Of a stretch of 64,000 bases of DNA, positions 1-10,091 are shown in pieces; the stretch's first letter is position 1, and each line of letters starts with the position of its first letter. Location of the stretch: NCBI GenBank assembly GCA_002269645.1, contig NIVC01000337.1, positions 62,001 through 126,000 on the forward strand, in the 5' to 3' direction. A program made the position numbers and the translations under genes. This stretch comes from Macrostomum lignano (Eukaryota). The notes beneath the pieces were generated by a model. It worked only from the letters and a program-made list of their open reading frames with translations. It was not told the origin of the DNA and did no database searches.

Positions 1-148
1 CTGATCTTCGAATTTGGGTAGTGCTTCAACAGAACTGCGCAGGGACCCAGTTAGGCGCTTAATAGGAGAGTGGTTTAGCAAGTTCTGCCAAACTCAAGTT
101 ACTGTTGCAGACCTGAGCTGGTCTTGCTGACCCCGTGAAACATTTGCA

Positions 149-522
149 ATGACCTCCCTCACACTGACCTCCCTCACTCTGACCTCCCTCACTCTGACCT
201 CCCTCACTCTGACCTCCCTCACTCTGACCTCCCTCACTCTGACCTCCCTCACTCTGACCTCCCTCACTCTGACCTCTCTCACTCTGACCTCCCTCACTCT
301 GACCTCCCTCACTCTGACCTCCCTCACTCTGACCTCCCTCACTCTGACCTCCATCATCCTGACCTCCCTCACTCTGTACCTCCCTCACTCTGACCTCCAT
401 CATCCTGACCTCCCTCACTCTGTACCTCCCTCACTCTGATCTCCATCATCCTGACCTCCCTCACTCTGTACCTCCCTCACTCTGATCTCCATCATCCTGA
501 CCTCCCTCACTCTGGACCTCCC
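149..522. repeat. 15-bp minisatellite (CTGACCTCCCTCACT)n
   Basis: Direct tandem copies, degenerating towards 520; explains the VREVR/SLTLT pseudo-ORFs. Confidence 0.95.
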
Positions 523-992
523 TTAAATTTTAAACTTGAAAAAATGTAAGCTTCAATTGCTGGAAAAATCGTGTGTGATTATTAATGAAGTAAAAGAAGC
601 TTTACACAAACCCTTTTTGTTTCCGTAGCAGATCAGATGTTTTTACTTAAAACTGGCATATCGCGGTACTAATCAAGTGCGGGCCAGACCGAAACAAATC
701 AATAAGGTTGGCTATTAGCAGTTTGCACCTGGCAAAATGCAGCCACACCTACTGGTAAATAAGACGAAGTGGTAAATTCCAGTTAATTTGAGATTTTCTC
801 AGCACATCTGAATGTTCACCTGGCACCAAGGCTCTGTTGCAGGTGCTCGGGGTTGCATAATCAACCTATCGTGTTCTCTTCAAATTCCGCATAAATAACC
901 GGTATGCTTCATGGCTCAGAACTCTCAGAACGCCCAGAACTCTCAGATAGCGTTTTGCTAACTGCCAAAACAATTTGCTTCAAGCAAACAGA

Positions 993-1661
993 ATGGCGAC
1001 AAACTCATCCAGGCGTCTTCTTCTTGCGGCCACTGCGGCGCTTCTGTGCGCCATCGCGGCTTCCAGTCTGCCTGATGGCTCCAGTAACGGCTCCACGAAG
1101 GACGGACAACGCTGGAACAAGGGCGGAGACCGCTGGAAGAAGGGCGGTGACGGCTGGAACAAGGGCGGAGACCGCTGGAACAAGGGCGGAGACCGCTGGA
1201 ACAAGGGCGGAGATCGCTGGAACAAGGGCGGAGATCGCTGGAACAAGGGCGGAGACCGCTGGAACAAGGGCGGAGACCGCTGGAACAAGGGCGGAGACCG
1301 CTGGAACAAGGGCGGAGACCGTTGGAACAAGGGCGGAAACCGTTGGAACAAGGGCGGAGACCGCTGGAACAAGGGCGGAGACCGCTGGAACAAGGGCGGA
1401 GACCGTTGGAACAAGGGCGGAGACCGCTGGAACAAGGGCGGAGACCGCTGGAGCAAGGGCGGAGACCGCTGGAACAAGAGCGGAGACCGCTGGAACAAGA
1501 GCGGAGACCGCTGGAACAAGGGCGGAGACCGCTGGAACAAGGGCGGAGACCGCTGGAACAAGGGCGGAGACCGCTGGAACAAGGGCGGTGACGGCTGGAA
1601 GAAGGGCGGAGACCGCTGGAACAAGGGCGGTGACGGCCGGAAGAAGGGGGGAGATTATTGA
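993..1661 (+). CDS. Putative secreted protein (222 aa): signal peptide plus about 26 copies of heptapeptide RWNKGGD
   Basis: ATG 993 in good Kozak context (agaATGg); hydrophobic N-terminus MATNSSRRLLLAATAALLCAIAAS; 21-bp in-frame repeat; stop right after the array; TATA-like CATAAATA near 890; AATAAA near 1767 and 1812. Confidence 0.7.
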   Translation: MATNSSRRLLLAATAALLCAIAASSLPDGSSNGSTKDGQRWNKGGDRWKKGGDGWNKGGDRWNKGGDRWNKGGDRWNKGGDRWNKGGDRWNKGGDRWNKGGDRWNKGGDRWNKGGNRWNKGGDRWNKGGDRWNKGGDRWNKGGDRWNKGGDRWSKGGDRWNKSGDRWNKSGDRWNKGGDRWNKGGDRWNKGGDRWNKGGDGWKKGGDRWNKGGDGRKKGGDY

Positions 1662-1856
1662 ACCCTTTGCTATTCAATTATTTGGTGCTCTGCTCCTTGA
1701 ACTCCTTCTCCCACAATGGGAAATGAAATCTGAGCCTTTGTGTTTTCTCTTTTATTGACTTGACCAATAAATCTGCAGTGTTACTTTGGTGGTACTTTGT
1801 GAGTAGTTTTATAATAAAATTGTTCACCCTGTGTTTTCGCAAACATTCTTTCAACC

Positions 1857-2154
<298 letters not shown>

Positions 2155-2511
2155 TATGAGGTCGTGAACTGAGCTAATTTACAAGGGAAAAGATTGCTAT
2201 GCAAAAACTTTGGGCAAATGTCATGAAAATGCTTGTAAAACATTGATCACCGCTTCTACCTTGGGAATTAAAAAGCAGATGACAAACCAAGCCAACAAAG
2301 CTAGGAAAATCCTCCCCCTATAATTAATGTAAAGGCCAGGCTCGATCTCGCCAATCAAGTAGGGCTAAAGGAACTCGTGTCTACTTCATCCATAAAAAAA
2401 TGAGTGCATTGCCTATACTGTACAGTCTTTTTGAATGTTTCTTCTGTTGCTCGGGTCCTTCAGTTCAAGTTCAAGTGCACGAAGAACTTCTTCCAGATGC
2501 AGTTGCGGCTG

Positions 2512-4523
2512 TCAGTTCGCTGGTCTCCTGCGGCCAGAGGCACCCGCTGGCAGCTTCACCGCCGGTTGCTCCATCGGTCGTCGGGCCGTTGTCAAGGCAT
2601 TGGCCAGTTCCGAGCAGCCTTTTGCTTGCGTTTTTGGCTGAGCAACTGCTGGCAGGCCCTGCGTCAGCCGCGACCGCGTGAGCAGCAGCTGGTCCAGAGC
2701 CTCGTCGACGTACTCCGGCCGCACCGTGGCGTCGTCTTCCACGGCACCGGCCTCGGCTGAGTCGGTCTGCGAGGCTGTCGAGCTTGTCCAGCCTGGCCCG
2801 TCGAGAGGCGAATCATAAAATCGCTGCTCACAATCAAGCTGGTTGTCAACTGACCCGGAAGGTCTACAACGACTGTGACGTTCTCGAGGCACCGGCAAGG
2901 TCGGTGGTGGAGGCAGCGGCTCAAAGTCGGGCGTCGATGAAACAACAACTGGCTGCGGCTGCTGCTGAGATCGGCGCCGTCTTGGCGTCGGCACTGGCGC
3001 CGCTGCGTTGAAGTTAATCGGCAGCGCTGGATCTGAGATATTTGCACGTACAGACCAATATGCGTCTCAGAGCAAGGAGATGCAGTTAATGAGAGCTAAT
3101 GAATGCAAATCTGCATGGTACCTGTACGCGTGGCTCAAGAAGGGACTTAAAGAAATCGCGATAGGTTTGGTGCTATACATGACCTCCAATGAAATGGCGC
3201 CCCTTCAAATCAAATGGCGCCCCCTCAGATGAAATGGCGCCCCTTCAAATCAAATGGCGCCCCCTCAGATGAAATGGCGCCCCTTCAAATCAAATGGCGC
3301 CCCCTCAAATGAAATGGGGCCCCTCAACCGAAATGGCGCCCTCTCATGTGAAATGGCGCCCTCTCATGTGAAATGGTGCCCTCTCATACGAAATGGAGCC
3401 CACTCAAATTAAAAGGCATCCTCTCTCAAATGAAATGACCCGCTTCAACGGAAATGGCGCCCCTCAGCTGAAACGGCGCCCCCTCAGCTGAAATGGCGCC
3501 CCTTCAACTGAAATGGCGCCCCCTCAGCTGAAATGGCGCCCCTCAACTGAAATGGCGCCCCTTCAACTGAAATGGCGCCCCTCAGCTGAAATGGCGCCCC
3601 TCAGCTGAAATGGCGCCCCTCAACTGAAATGGCGCCCCTCAGCTGAAATGGCACCCCTCAACTGAGATGGCGCCCCTCAGCCGAAATGGCGCTCCCCCTC
3701 GAATGTAATGTAACAATAAATTCATTATTCAATCGATCCCTGAGGGATTTACCCAACTGAGTCACTTGAGCAGCCGGTTGCTCCATCGTTAAAGTACGCC
3801 TCGTTCTCGGCTTCGGGACTGGCGGCTTCGGAGTCAGAAACAGCTCGCCCGACCCAGCCTCCGCGTCGGTCAGTTCGTCATCTGAGAAGTCAGCCAGCAG
3901 TAGCTGGTCGCGCACTGTCTCATGATCTTGAGAAGTCTCTGGTTGCTCTCCGGAGCTGCGACAGCCTGACTGATCAGCTGAAGACTTTGAATCGGCCAGA
4001 CGAGTTTGAGCTTCCGCGCGAGTCACATCGAAGCCATTTTGAAACAGCAAGCTTTCAAGACTGATTGTGGATGCTGGGATCTCTGCGGGAAGACCTACTT
4101 GTCCATCTCTGCCGTTGGTGCAGAGGTCAGGTCTGGATTCCGAAGTCCGCTGCCACTGCTGCGGTGGTTCGTTAAGGCATGCTTCATCCTGATTCTGCAG
4201 CAGCGTCATCTCGGAACCTGGTGAATCGAACCCCTCCAGAGCGCACTGGTTGTTGCTCCCCTGACTGATCCAGCCTTGTCCGGCTTGCTGCTCCTTCTGA
4301 GACTTCTGAGACCCCCCGAGTCCAGCTGATCCCTTGGCTGACTTCGCTGCAACCGACCGCCACTTCAGCTGGGAGCTGCACTTTCCACCGGAGATGGACT
4401 CGGCGTTGCCGCTCTGTTTCGAAGACGATGACGTCATCATCAATAAAGTCCTCGTCCTGGCTGGGCTCTTTGCCTGTTGATGAAGCCGCTCAGCCATGCA
4501 GTCGGTGAACTTCCTGGGGCGAG
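2512..4523 (-). CDS. Last two coding exons (4523-3753, 3002-2512) of an unidentified, largely low-complexity protein
   Basis: Acceptor ttttag|CT at 4523; donor G|GTAAAT at 3752; acceptor cgcag|CG at 3002; phases match (1/1); GC-rich open frames; no recognisable domain. Confidence 0.6.
3182..3700. repeat. Intronic minisatellite, about 19-23 bp, core GAAATGGCGCCCC
   Basis: About 25 tandem variants filling the intron 3003-3752. Confidence 0.9.
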
Positions 4524-4679
4524 CTAAAAAATGCTGGTGCCTATAGAAGTAATTTGGAATGCATTGCGTGTTCACTTAATGCATTTCTGCCATAAAACTT
4601 TAGCCAAGTTTTTTTGCTGTTTATTTGGCCTATAGAATACGCCCGTATTTATGTCTTGCACCGGTGCCTTCGGCGCCGA

Positions 4680-6806
4680 AAGGAGTGCGGCGGCGCCAAA
4701 ATGAGTGCCTGCGGAGCCAAAATGAGTGCCTGCGGCTGCAAAATGAGTGCCTGCGGAGCCAAAATGAGTGCCTGCGGCTGCAAAATGAGTGCCTGCGGCG
4801 CCGAAAGGAGTGCCTGCGGCTACAAAATGAGTGCCTGCGGCTGCAAAATGAGTGCCTGCGGCGCCAAAATGAGTGCCTGCGGCTATAAAACGAGTGCCTT
4901 CAGCGCCAAAAGGAGTGCGGCGGCGCCGAAAGGAGTGCCTGTGGCTACAAAATGAGTGCCTGCGGAGCCAAAATGAGTGCCTGCGGCTCCAAAATGAGTG
5001 CTTGCGGTGTCAAAATGAGTGCCTGCGGCTCCAAAATGAGTGCTTGCGGTGTCAAAATGAGTGCCTGCGGCTACAAAATGAGTGCCTGCGGCTACAAAAT
5101 GAGTGCCTGCGGAGCCAAAATGAGTGCCTGCGGCTGCAAAATGAGTGCCTGCGGCGCCGAAAGGAGTGCCTGCGGCTACAAAATGAGTGCCTGCGGCTGC
5201 AAAATGAGTGCCTGCGGCGCCAAAATGAGTGCCTGCGGCTATAAAACGAGTGCCTTCAGCGCCAAAAGGAGTGCGGCGGCGCCGAAAGGAGTGCCTGTGG
5301 CTACAAAATGAGTGCCTGCGGAGCCAAAATGAGTGCCTGCGGCTCCAAAATGAGTGCCTGCGGCTCCAAAATGAGTGCTTGCGGTGTCAAAATGAGTGCC
5401 TGCGGCTCCAAAATGAGTGCTTGAGGAGCCAAAATGAGTGCCTGTGGCTGCAAAATGAGTGCCTGTGGCTGCAAAATGAGTGCCTGTGGCTACAAAATGA
5501 GTGCCTGTGGCTACAAAATGAGTGCCTGCGGCTGCAAAATGAGTGCCTGTGGCTATAAAATGAGTGCCTGTGGCTACAAAATGAGTGCCTGCGGTTGCAA
5601 AATGAGTGCCTGCGGAGCCAAAATGAGTACATCTGGACCCAAAATGAGTGCTTGCGGTGTCAAAATGAGTGCCTGTGGCTACAAAATGAGTGCCTGTGGC
5701 TACAAAATGAGTGCCTGTGGCTACAAAATGAGTGCCTGTGGCTGCAAAATGAGTGCCTGCGGCTCCAAAATGAGTGCTTGCGGTGTCAAAATGAGTGCCT
5801 GTGGCTACAAAATGAGTGCCTGCGGCGCCAAAATGAGTGCCTGCGGCGCCAAAATCAGGCCTGCGGCTCTAAAATGAGTGCCTGCGGCTACAAAATGAGT
5901 ACATGCGGAGCCAAAATGAGTGCCTGCGGCTGCAAAATGAGTGCCTGTGGCTATAAAATGAGTGCCTGTGGCTACAAAATGAGTGCCTGCGGTTGCAAAA
6001 TGAGTGCCCGCGGCTACAAAATGAGTACATGCGGAGCCAAAATGAGTGCCTGTGGCTACAAAATGAGTGCCTGTGGCTACAAAATGAGTGCCTGCAGCGC
6101 TAAAATGAGTGCTTGCGGCTACAAAATGAGTGCCTGTGGCTACAAAATGAGTGCCTGTGGCTACAAAATGAGTGCCTGCGGTTGCAAAATGAGTGCCCGC
6201 GGCTACAAAATGAGTGCCTGCAGCGCTAAAATGAGTGCTTGCGGTGTCAAAATGAGTGCCTGTGGCTATAAAATGAGTGCCTGCGGCTGCAAAATGAGTG
6301 CCTGCGGCTATAAAATGAGTGTCTGCGGAGCCAAAATGAGTGCCTGTGGCTACAAAATGAGTGCCTGTGGCTACAAAATGAGTGCCTGCGGCTATAAAAT
6401 GAGTGCCTGTGACTACAAAATGAGTGCCTGCGGCTGCAAAATGAGTGCCTGCGGCTGCAAAATGAGTGCCCGCGGCTACAAAATGAGTGCCTGCGGCTGC
6501 AAAATGAGTGCCTGCGGCTGCAAAATGAGTGCCTGCGGCTGCAAAATGAGTGCCTGCGGCTATAAAATGAGTGCCTGTGACTACAAAATGAGTGCCTGCG
6601 GCTGCAAAATGAGTGCCCGCGGCTACAAAATGAGTGCCTGCAGCGCTAAAATGAGTGCTTGCGGTGTCAAAATGAGTGCCTGTGGCTATAAAATGAGTGC
6701 CTGCGGCTGCAAAATGAGTGCCTGCGGCTATAAAATGAGTGTCTGCGGAGCCAAAATGAGTGCCTGTGGCTACAAAATGAGTGCCTGTGACTACAAAATG
6801 AGTGCC
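4680..6806. repeat. 21-bp satellite (CAAAATGAGTGCCTGYGGCTA)n, left part
   Basis: About 100 units; ends at GTGCC (6802-6806) where the BEL element is inserted. Confidence 0.97.
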
Positions 6807-7599
6807 TGTTAATGAAACGAAAAATTATATGGGTTTTTCCCATATTATCGTTTCCTTCTGCCAACAGTTCAGGAAGACAACGAACAATGGACCTGATGGT
6901 AACTTTCTCTGTGTGATCTCTAGAGTCACATTCTCAAACTTCAGGCGAGGATCTTTCCTCTTCAATCAGTATATTTTATAAGCTAGCACACTGTACGCGA
7001 GCAACGAGGAATAGGAGCAGTAGGGGGAGAGAGTAGGATTTCGAGGCCCAATAGGCAGTGTCGGTCAGAGGTTGTGCATGCATCACGCGAGGGTCGCATG
7101 GCTGGGCTTCTTGCTCGCCGATCATCATGACTATTTTTAGGCATGCAGATCTTGTGCATCTGGGGAGTTGCTGCCAAGGCTGGATGCTTGTTCACGCATC
7201 ACGCGCGTGTCGGCTGATTTCTCCCATCCTCTTGCTAACCGCGCCTTCGTTTCACTTCATTAACAAGAGATTCTTAAGAACTGAGAACTCAGCACTTGGC
7301 GGCTAGCCTCGCAATTGACAATCGTAGCAGAACAAAATCACCAAGGGGGTTTCGCGCAGTCTACTCTTAAGCTAGGTATATTTATTCTCAATATAATATA
7401 TGGCGGGGTTGACACAGGCTTTAGCGGGGGGGTTGTAGGTGTGCATGACTTGCAATGTACTCGTACGTTTAACCAAATCAGAATGGGGGGTGAGAAAGTG
7501 GCGTGAGGCGCGGAGGGGGGCAGGTAAATTAGCTAGGCAAATGATGAGTAATAGTACAGAAGTACAATGAAATAAGCAAAACCTTTACTCTTCAATCCA
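6807..7599 (-). repeat. BEL 3' LTR (6807-6812 plus 7260-7599), split by a solo LTR
   Basis: Matches 17754-18095 with about 5 differences in 342 bp by eye; preceded on the minus strand by the PPT. Confidence 0.9.
6813..7259 (-). mobile_element. Solo LTR (447 bp) of a second family, probably Ty3/gypsy
   Basis: Begins TGAA, ends TTCA; flanked by TTAA at 6809-6812 and 7260-7263; absent from the 5' LTR; TATAAAA on the minus strand near 6975-6981. Confidence 0.75.
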
Positions 7600-7612
7600 T
7601 ACCTCCCTTCTT
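7600..7612 (-). other. Polypurine tract of the BEL element
   Basis: AAGAAGGGAGGTA immediately before the TGGATTG start of the 3' LTR. Confidence 0.85.
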
Positions 7613-8269
7613 GGCATGAGCACATGCCAACAACAAAGAGCACCTCGAACAAAGATCTTAAAAATGGAAACATTCAATTATTATAGTACCACGTACTTTT
7701 CAGGAACAAAGTTAAATCGCAAGGATGAAATACGCAAGACGAAATGACAAAGTGAAAATGGGATCAAATAATTAGATGCAGTAAACGGATCAGGGGGGTG
7801 TGATAAATATTCGAACTGGATTAACAACAGAGTTGAACCTAAAAAGTAGCGTACAGTGCGATGAAATGAGCAAAGGGGATAAACGCTGAAAATGGAAAAA
7901 TTAACCGAACAGAGTATGCAAAACCTCTTCGCAACAAACGCCAAAAAAGCAAAAAAACACAAAAAACACAAAAACAGAAAACTAACACAAAAAACAGACA
8001 ACAAAAACTCCCAAAAATAGACAGCAGACATGAAAAAACACAATGCGATGGAACCAAACTGGATTAATGCGCAGGGAAGCAAAGCTCTCAAAAGCCACAA
8101 AAGAAAAATGTAGCGCCAACCCATCACCAAAATAGCTTGAAACTGAAAACATCGAAAATTGAAACGCATGCAACGGCTAATCAAAGTTAAGGAAATGATC
8201 GCTAAATCGCAGATTTTTTTCAATAAATTAAAGTTTGGCCAAAAATCTCAACTACTCCGATTCTCAAGC

Positions 8270-9135
8270 CTCCCTTCGTGATTAGCGGACGCAGCCTCGC
8301 AATCGGCCTCGCGGAGGCCTTGCCAACCAGCTGCACTTTTGCGACTCTCACCCGTCTCTCCGCGGCAGCCAGCAGGTGGTCGCGAATCGAGCTGTCTCGC
8401 CTTGCATGCAGATGCGCCGCTTTGAGCTCGAGCACCTGGTCGCCATGGTCGGGTCTAATCGTCTGACCGCCGATCGTTCCTCATTCATGCTAACGACTGT
8501 GCTCCGACCAGTCACCCTTTGTCCATGCCACCAGCTGTCAACCTCCGTCAGCTGCTTCGCTGAAGTTCCTCGAGACAACGTATCGGCTGGATGGAATTCG
8601 GTCGTGACACACCTCCACTGGTCCGGATCTGTGACAAACTTGGTCTCTCCAATGCGGTTCGCACCAAACGGCTGGTCAAATTTAAAGGTGCACTCTTTCC
8701 GATCGCTTCTTAATTCTACACCAAGCGTCTTGATGGATGGCATCGGTGTCCCTTCCAATGTTACTTCGGCTACTCGATCTTCTGGTGGCACTCTGCTCAA
8801 CAGTTCTCGCGAATCGGACATCCATTTCCTGGGGTGCATGCCTGCACGCTCCCAGCGAGTCTTCAACTCTTGAAACAGCTGGATCGCCTCAGCCTCTGAC
8901 CCGACCGAATCTAAACAATTGTCCATATAGGTGGAGTTGAGAACAGCGTCTGCAGCTACGAGCGTAATGGCAGCTCTTCTTTCAGGCGTTCCGCATGCTC
9001 ACGAACTACGAACTGAGCAAGAAACGGCGAGCTCGAGTTGCCGAAAACGATGCGGTTGGTCTCAAACATTTCAACAGGCTTGCTGGAGTCCATCTCACGG
9101 CATAGAAAGCTTTTGTAGAGTGTTCTACCTCCCGT
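8270..9135 (-). pseudogene. Decayed BEL pol remnant (partial RT, fragments of RNase H and integrase C-terminus)
   Basis: ETNRIVFGNSSSPFLAQFVV, AVLNSTYMDNCLDS, KTLGV, HPADTLSRG...WWHG, VRVAKV...RPIARLRPL; frameshift, stop and large internal deletions; no DDE core. Confidence 0.9.
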
Positions 9136-9235
9136 TAAAAAAGGAAAAAAGAAGATAATCGTATAATACTACTATAAGTAAGTAAGTACACGCATGTGCG
9201 CCTAAGCTTTGAATGAATCACGCTACCAGAAAAGA

Positions 9236-9976
9236 TGTTACCAGAATAATACGCCATGAGCCATTTTCCCCTTTTAGCGCAACACGTGAATTGTCATGAT
9301 ACTATTTTGGATCAAAAACTTGTCTATAAATACAAGCGATCTGAAGCGGTACCGGAGCCATTCTCCCCACGGAAGAGGAGCGCTCCGAAGAGGAAGCCTT
9401 AGGAGGACTTCCTGATCTACCAAGTCAATCGAGACTCGGTCGAGTTGTTGCGGTAAGCCTTCCTTATTTGCGCCCGTTGTGTTAGAGACGTCTCGCTCAA
9501 GTCTATTGAGACTTGAGTCTAATTGAGTCTGTTGAGACTCTTGAGTCTGTTTAGACTCCATTGGTTGCAGTCTCCAGAAGGACTGCCCCTGATAGATCTT
9601 AGAGGACTATCAGTGGTTTCCGGAGCTATACCTAGAGTGCATAGAGGCACTGCTAGAAGAAGGAGGCTTAATTTAGACCGCAGTTTGGCGCAGGGTACCC
9701 ATTGTTGCTACGAGGCCTCTGATTGGTCCTGACGGAAGATACCGGCCGGAAGAACTTATCGGAAGTACAAGAGGAACCAGGACCAGAGCAACTGAAGAAT
9801 CAAGGCGCCTGATCTACGAGATCTACTGACAAGTTCCTAGCGAGAACTACTCAAGAAATTCAAATCCGGATTAAAGGTAATTGAATACCTTCGTTTGACT
9901 TACTGGGTTGCCTAGCTGTTGAGCTAGAAGTGATTGTTCCTTGATTATCGAAAGTCGGGTAATAAGGAACACATCA
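9236..9976 (+). repeat. Putative single LTR of the nested gypsy module
   Basis: TGTTACC start after a purine run; TATAAATA 9325-9332; ends ...ACATCA, then AT, then PBS-like TGGTGATCTCGCCC (9979). Only one copy, so boundaries are inferred. Confidence 0.5.
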
Positions 9977-10091
9977 ATTGGTGATCTCGCCCTCTCGGCA
10001 CTACTCAAACCTTGAGCAATAGCCTGGCCAAGCTATTGTAAAGTGACGACAGAGCGACTTCATTAATTTTGCGCGCACGCGTTAGAGTTAA

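Noticed and set aside
6809-7263. piggyBac interpretation of the TTAA-flanked insert
   Set aside because: Ends are TG...CA with a TATA box, not the CC...GG termini typical of piggyBac; a solo LTR fits better.
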